A program made the position numbers and the translations under genes. From Macrostomum lignano (taxonomy: Eukaryota): a DNA stretch of 30,150 bases. The notes beneath the pieces were generated by a model, which worked only from the letters and a program-made list of their open reading frames with translations, made no database searches and had not been told where the DNA came from. The DNA is taken from contig NIVC01004957.1 of assembly GCA_002269645.1 (NCBI GenBank), forward strand, positions 1 through 30,150, read 5' to 3'. Position 1 is the stretch's first letter. Each line of letters opens with the position of its first letter. Shown here piece by piece: positions 21,264-30,150 of this stretch.

Positions 21264-22019
21264 CTAGCTCGGATCGAGAGCAATCGAGTGGCGCTACCGG
21301 CACGTCAGTCAGACGGAAGCATGATTTTGATAGACAAATGCAGTGTCTAATCATCGGCTTACTTTTTTAAAGATCTATCGGCCTATCGATGACCTACTGG
21401 TGGTTAGAATTTAATCAAGACGTTTTTGGAAATGTCGCTTAACCCATAAAAAACACTACTGAGATACTGAGATATGAGACTTACTTATTTTCTCAACACA
21501 AAAATACGAGCCCGTAGCAACAGTTCTTAAAGAAAGCCTTAAAATCTTTTCTACGTAATGTCCCTGAAATTAATTAGCAACGAGATGCAATTCTGATTAC
21601 GGGTTAACACAGGTCCTGAGCTGGCTAAAACTTTGAAAACTAACACTAACCTTGGGACCGGACTGCTGGCTGGACCTAGTCCACATAATTAATAGCACTT
21701 CTGGGACAGTCGGATAAAATCAAATAAGCCATAAACAAGGTAACACGAAAAAACTTTTTTTTTCACTTCAATTCACGAAAGACTCGCGAAGCCCTCGTCT
21801 ATTTTCGGGCAGATTTTTCATTATTTCCCAAAGAAAAACTCAGGGAAAATTTTAGAAAAAGGGCAGAACGCGCAAGAAACGCCAGTCGCTAAACTTTGCT
21901 TACTATTTTTTGTTTCAGTGAATTTTTCTCTTTTTTTATACTCGTATCAGAATGCGATTTTGCAACTTTTTCATATGGTCTCCCCGCGTGAAGAACTAGC
22001 TGCAGAGCACACGCAGAGC

Positions 22020-22796
22020 CTAGCCAATCAGAAAGCAGTCGCCAATAGCCAACACAGTTGGCGACTCGTCTGGGATCAGCTGTTGCAATCGTTGAACACT
22101 GCTGGAACTGGCGTGGCCAAACTGCTGCTGCTGCTGTTCCGGCTGTACTGGGCGATGCCGCTGAGTTCCGGACAGCCGGCGCACGTAGCTGGCATCCGAC
22201 TCCAGCTGGGCCAATAAAGCACGCAGCTTGCTAACCCGTCGGCGAGCTTTAATCTGAGCTATAGTGTTAGCCAGATAGGCCGCCGTCTCTGTTAGTATCT
22301 TGCGGTGCGTGGCCCGCTTAATGCCCTGCAGATTCGGCACGGCCGTCTGCAGCTTCCCATAAAGATCGATGAAGCGCTCTCGCCTGACGCGCTCGCGATG
22401 ATGCGAATAGGTCCGGTTGCTACCCGAGCCGCGGCTCGATTGGCGGCCGGCGCTGTTCTGCTGATTAGCGTCGTTTCCTCGAGCTCGTCCGGCGCCGTTT
22501 CGACGCCGCTGACGCCCGCAGCCGTTGGCGGCGGCTGCTGCCGCGGCGGCGGCCGCGAAAATCTCCGGATCGTTGACAAACTCGATGCCGTCGTCGATGC
22601 GACCGCTGGTGCCAAGGAAAGCAGCGGCCGCGGCAGCCGCTTCAGCCTCGTTGCCGGCCGCAGCGACGTCCAGTTGGAATTCTTCATCGTCGTATTCTGC
22701 CTCGTCATCTTCCTCCTCTTCGGGGTCAGAGTTGTCGCGAGGGCAGGCCTCGGACGATGACACGGAGCAGGCGCCGCTGTCTGACGTCAGGCTCAT
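22020..22796 (-). CDS. Intronless bHLH-leucine-zipper transcription factor of the Myc/Max/Mxd superfamily (258 aa)
   Basis: bHLH NRTYSHHRERVRRERFIDLYGKLQTAVPNLQGIKRATHRKILTETAAYL resembles Max (ERKRR...[26 protein letters not shown]) and Myc. It is followed by a Leu-rich helix (VSKLRALLAQLESDASYV). The N-terminus has an acidic tract and poly-Ala. The ORF is open from ATG to TAG. Confidence 0.82.
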   Translation of the reverse strand: MSLTSDSGACSVSSSEACPRDNSDPEEEEDDEAEYDDEEFQLDVAAAGNEAEAAAAAAAFLGTSGRIDDGIEFVNDPEIFAAAAAAAAAANGCGRQRRRNGAGRARGNDANQQNSAGRQSSRGSGSNRTYSHHRERVRRERFIDLYGKLQTAVPNLQGIKRATHRKILTETAAYLANTIAQIKARRRVSKLRALLAQLESDASYVRRLSGTQRHRPVQPEQQQQQFGHASSSSVQRLQQLIPDESPTVLAIGDCFLIG

Positions 22797-23486
22797 CCTT
22801 CCACTTCTGTGGGCGGGGTGGCGTTAGTCAACTTTAACTAAAAACCGACAAAAAGTTGTATCCTAGAACGGGAATTCCCCAGCTAAGTTTAGTGGCTACC
22901 GAACAGAGGGACGAAAGCGTGTATAAATACGAGTATTCGATGACACAGGCTAGTTAGTTGGGCAACCCGCCGCCAGCGAGCAGGTCAAGCAGTCACGGCA
23001 GTCATCGTCGGAAAGTGTGAAAACGCTCCGCACCTTGGGAGTTGGCCCTCAATAGAGACGTGTGCGTGGTCAAGCCCAGGTAATTTGGTGCGAGAATCAG
23101 ATACGTTGCCGCGGTTACATTTGGTCTCTTGTGCCGTAGTACTCCTGTCTTATGACTAAGCAAAAATGCACCAACTTGTTAGCCTAAACACTAATAATAA
23201 ATGAAAAGACAAAAAATAAAAAATCAGCAACGATAAAATTGATAACTTGACAGAACAGTGACTGTTCGCTTTGCTTTCTGAGCACGGTATAATATAGGTG
23301 AAGACTAAAGTAATCGGCATAAATCTAATGAGCAAAGGTGCTTGAGTAAACATGCTACATTACTCAAGTAGAATACAACAATACCAAGCAAAAGCATTTT
23401 CATCAGAAATTCAAAACAGCATATGACAATCTGTTTGCTAAAAATGACAAGTAGCTCGTATCAGAAATATCCTTCAGTCCCCTCAG

Positions 23487-24257
23487 TCACTGCCGGGCAT
23501 CGGGCGGCCTTTCCCCGCCGGGAGACTCCAGCCGACTCTCCAGCCGTTCAAACTCTTCTCGGCCCAATCGCTCCAAGTCGTCCTCGTCGTCAACAGATTC
23601 AACGGCTTCCACCTCGGGTACGTAGAACTGCAGCATGTTCTGCACGCCCATCTTGAGTGTCACCGTGCTGCTGGGGCAGGAGGTGCAGGCGCCCTGCAGC
23701 TTCAGCCGGACAACTCCGCGTTTGTAGCCACGAAAGAGAATGTCGCCACCGTCTTCTTGAACTGTTGGCCGGATGCGAGTGTCTAGGAGCTCCTTGATCA
23801 TTGCCACGGTGTCGGCGTCTTCTGGTGACACGGGCTCCTCCGTCTCGCCCGCAGCTCCGGCCGCATTGCCGCCAGCACTGTCCGACTCTTCAGCAATGAC
23901 CGGCTGTCCGCTAGCGTAGAAGTCCATGATGGCAGCGAAGGCCTCGGCTTTGATGACTTTCCAATCAGCAGAGTCAGCTTTGGTCACTGTAACAAATTCC
24001 GGGCCAAGGAAGACGCCAGAGACGCCCTGGACGCGAAACAGACGCCTGGCCAGGGGCGACGCCTGCGCTGCTGACCGGCTGGGAAAGTCGCGAGTTGAAC
24101 CAGCCGGCAGCACCTCTTTGCCAGGCAACAGCTTCACGCTGTTAGGGTTCGGCGTGTCCTCAGTCTGGATGAACAACAGGCGGCGGCCCAATGCTGAGAG
24201 CCAGGGCTGGCAATTCTGGGCTCGCAGCAGGCATTGACTTGCACGAGATGACAGCAT
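23487..24257 (-). CDS. NFU1: NFU1 iron-sulfur cluster scaffold/carrier, mitochondrial (intronless)
   Basis: Nfu_N domain ([22 protein letters not shown]...[27 protein letters not shown]...W) and NifU-C domain ([20 protein letters not shown]...[32 protein letters not shown]) with the CxxC motif. The N-terminus is Arg/Ser/Leu-rich, like a presequence. The ATG at 24257 has an ACCATG context. Confidence 0.96.
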   Translation of the reverse strand: MLSSRASQCLLRAQNCQPWLSALGRRLLFIQTEDTPNPNSVKLLPGKEVLPAGSTRDFPSRSAAQASPLARRLFRVQGVSGVFLGPEFVTVTKADSADWKVIKAEAFAAIMDFYASGQPVIAEESDSAGGNAAGAAGETEEPVSPEDADTVAMIKELLDTRIRPTVQEDGGDILFRGYKRGVVRLKLQGACTSCPSSTVTLKMGVQNMLQFYVPEVEAVESVDDEDDLERLGREEFERLESRLESPGGERPPDARQ

Positions 24258-25228
24258 GGTAGCGTTGCTTAGCACTGAAGTTGAGTCATAATGCTATCAA
24301 TGTAGAAACCTGTTGGCTTAGGCCTTAAGCACAATTAGTATTTTTATAATATCTGTAGATTTTAGCTTTATGTTCAAGCTTAATACTTACTAGTAATAAG
24401 CAAAGCTTTTGAATCTTAAAATAAGTTTGAAGGAGATTTAACAGCAGATAGTAGTCCACTTTTCTGAAGGGTTATTTTAAATTTCATATAAAACTGCAGT
24501 GTGTATTCTCACTAGAATAAAAATAGTTCTATAAATAAAAGTCATTTGCCATTAGTGTAATTAAGAGCCTTATCTTTAATATAGGCTAAAGTGTTTAGGC
24601 CTACAAAAATATAGTTAGGGTTAATAAAAATAATAAATAGGAAAAATGGGTTTTACCTTTTTTAAATATACACAAGCAATTTTTAAATATATTAATATAT
24701 ATACACATAACTTTTGTGTCTAAATGTATAAGTATATTATCTTTATATTAGCATTATATCAAAATGATATACTCCACTTATCTATAGATATTATATAAGA
24801 AATTTGTTTGTTGCAGGGCCTAGGATTTAATTTATACACCTTACCTTTAACCCCCTAGTCAATAATTAGGCCTATCTACATAAAGTATTACTACTATTAA
24901 CTACTATTAGTAACACAATGAGCACTTGCATAGAATTTTACCTTTTTATTCAATTTTAAAATATGAAAGCTACTATTTCTTCTATTTTAGTTACATAGTT
25001 TTAATGAAAAAGATAACATCTATATACTAAAAATGAATATGTCTGTGTGTAAATGACAGCCTAGAAGAAAAATGGCTAGATGGATTTTCACCTGACTCGA
25101 GCCAATGGATTGGAAATATTATGCAGAGTGTCAATGTGGGGTTTAAATGTTTAATTTCAATTAAGAAATTGGTGAAAATGTACAAAAACCTGTTTTTCCT
25201 ATCTAATTAGTGTATTTTTCTTGCAGCT

Positions 25229-25410
25229 AGTGAGAGCTCAATATGTCTATGGCCACAGACTAAACTTCAATTTCTTGAGCTGATGCTACAAGCTATAAAT
25301 AATTAAATATTTCTCACAGTGAGAGCTCAATAAAATAATAATATGTCTATGGCCATAGAATAAGCTTCAACTTATTTAGCTGATGCTACAAGCTATAAAT
25401 AATTAAATAT
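25229..25410. repeat. Tandem duplication of about 85-90 bp in an AT-rich region
   Basis: GTGAGAGCTCAATA..TATGTCTATGGCCA...AGCTGATGCTACAAGCTATAAATAATTAAATAT occurs at about 25229-25310 and 25318-25410. Confidence 0.85.
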
Positions 25411-25496
25411 GAGGATTCAAAAATATTTTGCATAAGGGAAAGATATCAGCCAATGCATTTTGAAAGTATTGAAGTAGTGCGCCACAATGTCTGAGG

Positions 25497-25995
25497 GATA
25501 CTTTCTATCTGGAGGATGCTTGCTGTCAGGGGGATGCTTGCTGTCTGGGGGATGCTTGCTATCTGGGGGATGCCCACTGTCTGGGGATGCTTGCTGTCAG
25601 GGGGATGCTTGCTGTCTAGGAGATGATTGCTTTCTGGGTGATGCTTGCTGTCTGGGGGATGCTTGCTGTTAGGGGGGATGCTTGCTGCTATCTGGGGATG
25701 CTTGCTATCAAGGGGATGCTTGCTGTCTGGGAGATGCTTGCTGCTATCTAGGGGATACTTGCTGCTATCTGGGGGATGCTTGCTGTCTAGGGGATGCTTG
25801 CTACATTATATCATTACATTCTTTCTTTGCTCTGCTGTCTGGGGGGAGCAATGCTGTTTGGAGGATGCTTGCTATCTAGCTCTGGGGGATTGCTTGCTAT
25901 CTAGGGGATGCTTGCTGTCTGGGTGCAAAGAGATTCGGGGGATTACAGGGGATGCTTGCTGTCTAGGGATGCTTGCTATCTGAGGGATTGCTTGC
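25497..25995. repeat. Minisatellite, about 17-20-bp unit GGGGATGCTTGCTGTCT (array 1)
   Basis: Many tandem variant units. This accounts for the GGCLLS/GDACCL pseudo-ORFs. Confidence 0.92.
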
Positions 25996-26085
25996 TACAT
26001 TAAATAATTACATTCTTTCTTTGCTCCCCAATGGGGGACATACATTGCATAACAAACATCTTTGTCCCTGACAATTTTACTTGAA

Positions 26086-26330
26086 TCCATTCCATATACT
26101 AAAAATGGTCTGTCGGTATGTGTGTGTGTGTATGTGTGTGTGTGTGATCGATTTTAGCAAAAACGGCTCAACCGATTTTCTTCGAACTTGCACTGTTCGA
26201 TCAGAAATTTTCCCGTGACAGTACATGCATCGTGGCTAAGAAATTGCTTGATGCTAAAGGGATTAAATATTCGAAAAACATGCTTTTTTGCAAAGGTCAA
26301 GCAGCTCTTTCGACTTGAAATGCATCGTAA
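26086..26330 (+). mobile_element. Non-autonomous Helitron-like element (microsatellite-associated type), copy 1
   Basis: Starts A|TC...CATATACTAAAAAT, followed by a (GT)n/GTAT tract and AAAAACGGCTCAACCGATTTT...AACTTGCAC. This arrangement resembles Lep1/DINE-type Helitrons from memory. The core 26151-26250 is clearly homologous to 30050-30150. The 3' end is not defined. Confidence 0.55.
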
Positions 26331-26774
26331 GAATGCTAGCAGAAAAACTGACTGGTTGAATTCTGATTCTGAAATAGATTGCATCACAATACACTTTATT
26401 TATCGTCTGTGTACTGGCTGAATTTGACACTCAATTGAATTGCGTCACAGCTTTGAGTGTGAAAGCATAGCGCAGTACTGAATTTATATTACGTAACCAT
26501 ATTGTAAACTTTCATAGACACTGGTACTGACTTGCCTAAGAAATTGATTATGTCATAACTGCTTCGTGAGACTTTTTACTCTACCTGACTTGGTGTGAGT
26601 GTTGAATTATATAAGTGGTACAACATCACTGATAACTTCGATGAGAGCTAGCCTAGAGCTGAACAGACCAGACTGCTAATGCAGCGACCTAGGTTCGAAT
26701 CTAAGTAGTTTAAAAGTAGTAGTGTAAATTTTTTTATTAAAAGGTTTTATTAAAGGACTAAATAAAAACACTTA

Positions 26775-29370
26775 GATTACTGCACTCGATAAGCCAAGGA
26801 TTATTGCTATTAATAAACCAAGGACTACTGCACTCGATAAACCAAGGACTATTGCTCTTGCAAACCAAGGATTACTGCACTCAAGAAGCCAAGGATTATT
26901 GCTATTAATAAACCAAGGATTACTGCACTTGGAAAACCAAGGATTACTGCACTCGATAAACCAAGGACTATTGCTCTTGGCAAACCAAGGATTACTGCAC
27001 TCAGGAAGCCAAGGATTATTGCACTTGGAAAACCAAGGATTACTGCACTCGATAAACCAAGGACTATTGCTCTTGGCAAACCAAGGATTACTGCACTCAA
27101 GAAGCCAAGGATTATTGCTATTAATAAACCAAGGATTACTGCACTTGGAAAACCAAGGATTACTGCACTCGATAAACCAAGGACTATTGCTCTTGGCAAA
27201 CCAAGGATTACTGCACTCAAGAAGCCAAGGATTATTGCACTTGGAAAACCAAGGATTACTGCACTCGATAAACCAAGGACTATTGCACTTGATAAACCAA
27301 GGAATATTGCACTTGATAGGCCAAGGATTACTGCACTTGATAAACCAAGGATTATTGCACTTGATAGGCCAAAGATTACTGCGCTTGATAAACCAAGGAT
27401 TATTGCACTTGATAAACCAAGGATTATTGCACTTGATAAGCCAAGGATTACTGCGCTTGATAAACCAAGGATTATTGCACTTGATAAACAAAGGATTATT
27501 GCACTTGATAAACAAAGGATTATTGCACTTGATAAACAAAGGATTATTGCACTTGATAAACCAAGGATTATTGCACTTGATAAGCCAAGGATTATTGCAC
27601 TTGATAAGCCATGGATTATTGCACTTGATAGTAAAGAATGTTGCACTTGATAAGCCAAGGATTAATGCACTGGATTATTCAAGGATTATTGATATTAATA
27701 AACCAAGGACTACTCCACTCGATAAACCAAGGATTATTGCTCTTAATAAACCAAGGATTACTGCACTTGGAAAACTAAGGATTACTGCACTCGATAAACC
27801 AAAGACTATTGCACTTGATAAACCAAGGATTATTGCACTTGATAGGCCAAGGATTACTGCACTTGATAAACCAAGGATTATTGCACTTGATAGGCCAAAA
27901 ATTACTGCGCTTGATAAACCAAGGATTATTGCACTTGATAAACCAAGGATTATTGCACTTGATAAGCCAAGGATTATTGCACTTGATAAACCAATGATTA
28001 TTGCAGTTGATAAGCCAAGGATTATTGCATCTGATAAACCAAAGATTATTGCACTTGATAAACCAAGGATTATTGCACTTGATAAACAAAGGATTATTGC
28101 ACTTGATAGGCCAAAGATTACTGCGCTTGATAAACCAAGGATTATTGCACTTGATAAACCAAGGATTATTGCACTTGATAAGCCAAGGATTATTGCACTT
28201 GATAAACCAAGGATTATTGCAGTTGATAAGCCAAGGATTATTGCATCTGATAAACCAAGGATTATTGCACTTGATAAACCAAGGATTATTGCACTTGATA
28301 AACAAGGATTATTGCACTTGATAAACCAAGGATTATTGCTCTTGGCAAACCAAGGATTACTGCACTCGATAAGCCAAGGATTATTGCTCTTAATAAACCA
28401 AGGATTACTGCACTTGGAAAACTAAGGATTACTGCACTCGATAAACTAAGGATTATTGCTCTTGGCAAACCAAGGATTATTGCACTTGATAGGCCAAGGA
28501 TTACTGCACTTGATAAACCAAGGATTATTGCACTTGATAAACCAAGGATTATTGCACTTGATAAGCCAAGGATTATTGCACTTGATAGGCCAAGGATTAC
28601 TGCGCTTGATAAACCAAGGATTATTGCACTTGATAAACCAAGGATTATTGCAGTTGATAAGCCAAGGATTATTGCACTTGATAAACCAAGGATTATTACA
28701 CTTGATAAACCAAGGATTATTGCACTTGATAAACCAAGGATTATTGCACTTGATAGGCCAAGGATTACTGCACTTGATAAACCAAGGATTATTGCACTTG
28801 ATAGGCCAAAGATTACTGCGCTTGATAAACCAAGGATTATTGCAGTTGATAAGCCAAGGATTATTGCACTTGATAAACCAAGGATTATTTCACTTGATAA
28901 ACCAAGGATTATTGCACTTGATAAACAAATATTGCACTTGATAAACCAAGGATTATTGCACCTGATAAGCCAAGGATTACTGCGCTAGATAAACCAAGGA
29001 TTATTGCACTTAATAAACCAAGGATTATTGCACTTAATAAACCAAGGATTATTGCACTTGATAAACCAAGGATTATTGCACTTGATAAACAAAGGATTAT
29101 TGCACTTGATAAACCAAGGATTATTGCACTTTATAAGCCAAAGATTACTGCACTTGATAAACCAAGGATTATTGCACTTGATAAACCAAGGATTATTGCA
29201 CTTGATTAATCAAGGATTATTGCTATTAATAAACCAAGGATTATTGCACTAGCTGAGAAGCTGATTACTGCGCTGTCTAAAAAAGAATTATTGCGCTCGC
29301 TGAGACGTGAATTGTTGCACAACCTGAGAAAGCGATTATTGCATTAGCGGAAGTAACATTTGCACTAGCT
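26775..29370. repeat. Satellite/minisatellite, 24-bp unit AAACCAAGGATTATTGCACTTGAT, about 100 copies, with higher-order structure
   Basis: About 2.5 kb of tandem units, degenerating over 29250-29370. The unit length is divisible by 3, which explains the INQGLLHL / DKPRIIAL / FIKCNNPW / LSSAIILG ORFs. Confidence 0.97.
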
Positions 29371-29371
29371 A

Positions 29372-29765
29372 CTTGCTGTCTCGTGGATGCTTGCTCTCGA
29401 GGGGGGATACTTGCTATTTGGGAGAGGGGTACTGGCTACATGCATGGGATTCTTTCTATCCAGGGATGCTTGCTATTCAGGGATTCTTGCTATCTGCAGG
29501 ATGCTTGCTATTTAGGGATTCTTGCTATCTGCAGGATGCTTGCTATCTGGATGCTTCTATAATATCTGGGGGTGCTTCTATGCAGAATGCTTCTATAATA
29601 TCTGGGGTGCTTGCATCTGCAGAATGCTTGCTATCTGGGTGGATGCTTCTGGGGGCTGCTAATCTGCAGATGCTTGCTATCTGTGGTGATTCTTGCTATG
29701 AGCATTAGAGGATGCTTGCTATCTGCGATTGTTCACTTTTGGAGGGCTGTCTTGCTTGCTGTCTT
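29372..29765. repeat. Minisatellite, GGATGCTTGCTATCT family (array 2, more degenerate)
   Basis: Same core as 25497-25995. Confidence 0.85.
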
Positions 29766-29968
29766 GGGAATATTTTCTATTTAGGGAAACGATATTTTGT
29801 TGACTGTTTGTTAATTTTAGAGAAAAAGTGATTTTTTAATTTTGCAAACATCTTAGTCCGTGACAATTTTACACGAATAAGGTGATTTTTAAAATGTGAA
29901 GAAGGAATTAGTGTTTAAGAAAAATGTGTTTTTTTATTGTTTTCCATGAACTATTTTTGCTCCTTTCT

Positions 29969-30150
29969 TATTGGGCGCCCCGAAGGGGGCGCCGCACTAG
30001 ATTGCTATCTGTATGTATGTATGTATGTATGTATATGGGTATGCGATTGATTTCAGAAAAAACGGCTCAACCGATTTTCTTTCAAACTTGCACCATTGAT
30101 CAGAAATTTTCCTGGGACGGTACATGCATCTTGGCTAAGAAATTGCTCAA
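29969..30150 (+). mobile_element. Helentron/DINE-1-like non-autonomous element, 5' part (runs off the window)
   Basis: TTATT, then a perfect hairpin GGCGCCCC-GAAG-GGGGCGCC (29974-29993), then CACTAGATT, (GTAT)n and the AAAACGGCTCAACCGATTTT core shared with 26151-26250. The order (subterminal palindrome, ACTAGATT, tetranucleotide microsatellite) resembles DINE-1 from memory. Confidence 0.6.

Noticed and set aside
22292-22827. Overlapping ORFs on both strands within the bHLH gene (and similar ones in NFU1, kinase and channel exons)
   Set aside because: Shadow ORFs of GC-rich coding sequence with no recognisable domains.
25487-25983. Cys/Leu/Gly-rich ORFs (GGCLLS, GDACCL), also at 29373-29708
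   Set aside because: Translations of the 17-bp minisatellite, not metallothionein-like genes.
26772-29252. Long ORFs (up to 508 aa) of INQGLLHL, DKPRIIAL, FIKCNNPW and LSSAIILG repeats
   Set aside because: They arise on both strands and in several frames from a 24-bp unit that lacks stops in most frames. Frame shifts occur freely and there is no unique domain, start context or splice structure.

Overview
Eukaryotic (animal) genomic DNA: GC-rich exons, GT-AG introns and many minisatellites. The style suggests a free-living flatworm such as Macrostomum, but that is inference only. All analysis was by eye, with no database searches. Four protein-coding loci are supported. (1) A 3-exon DEG/ENaC/ASIC channel on + (3508-6198) with an apparent 1-nt frameshift near 5611 and non-canonical gating/filter motifs. 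(2) A roughly 14-exon ASK1/MAP3K5-family kinase on - (21263-7595) with consistent intron phases from ATG to stop (about 1120-1140 aa). (3) An intronless Myc/Max-superfamily bHLH-Zip gene on - (22796-22020). (4) An intronless NFU1 gene on - (24257-23487). NFU1, the bHLH gene and ASK1 lie head-to-tail about 0.7 kb apart. The rest is repeats: a frameshifted Tc1/IS630-type transposase remnant, two copies of a tRNA-derived SINE, several MITE-like inverted-repeat elements, two Helitron/DINE-1-like elements and about ten tandem arrays (13-49 bp units). The long ORFs at 26.8-29.3 kb are artefacts of a 24-bp satellite. The leads most worth checking are the Myc-like gene lacking the N-terminal Myc boxes, a possible trans-spliced operon, the stripped-down ASK1, the ENaC frameshift, unusual splice-signal patterns and a Helitron-linked satellite macro-unit.
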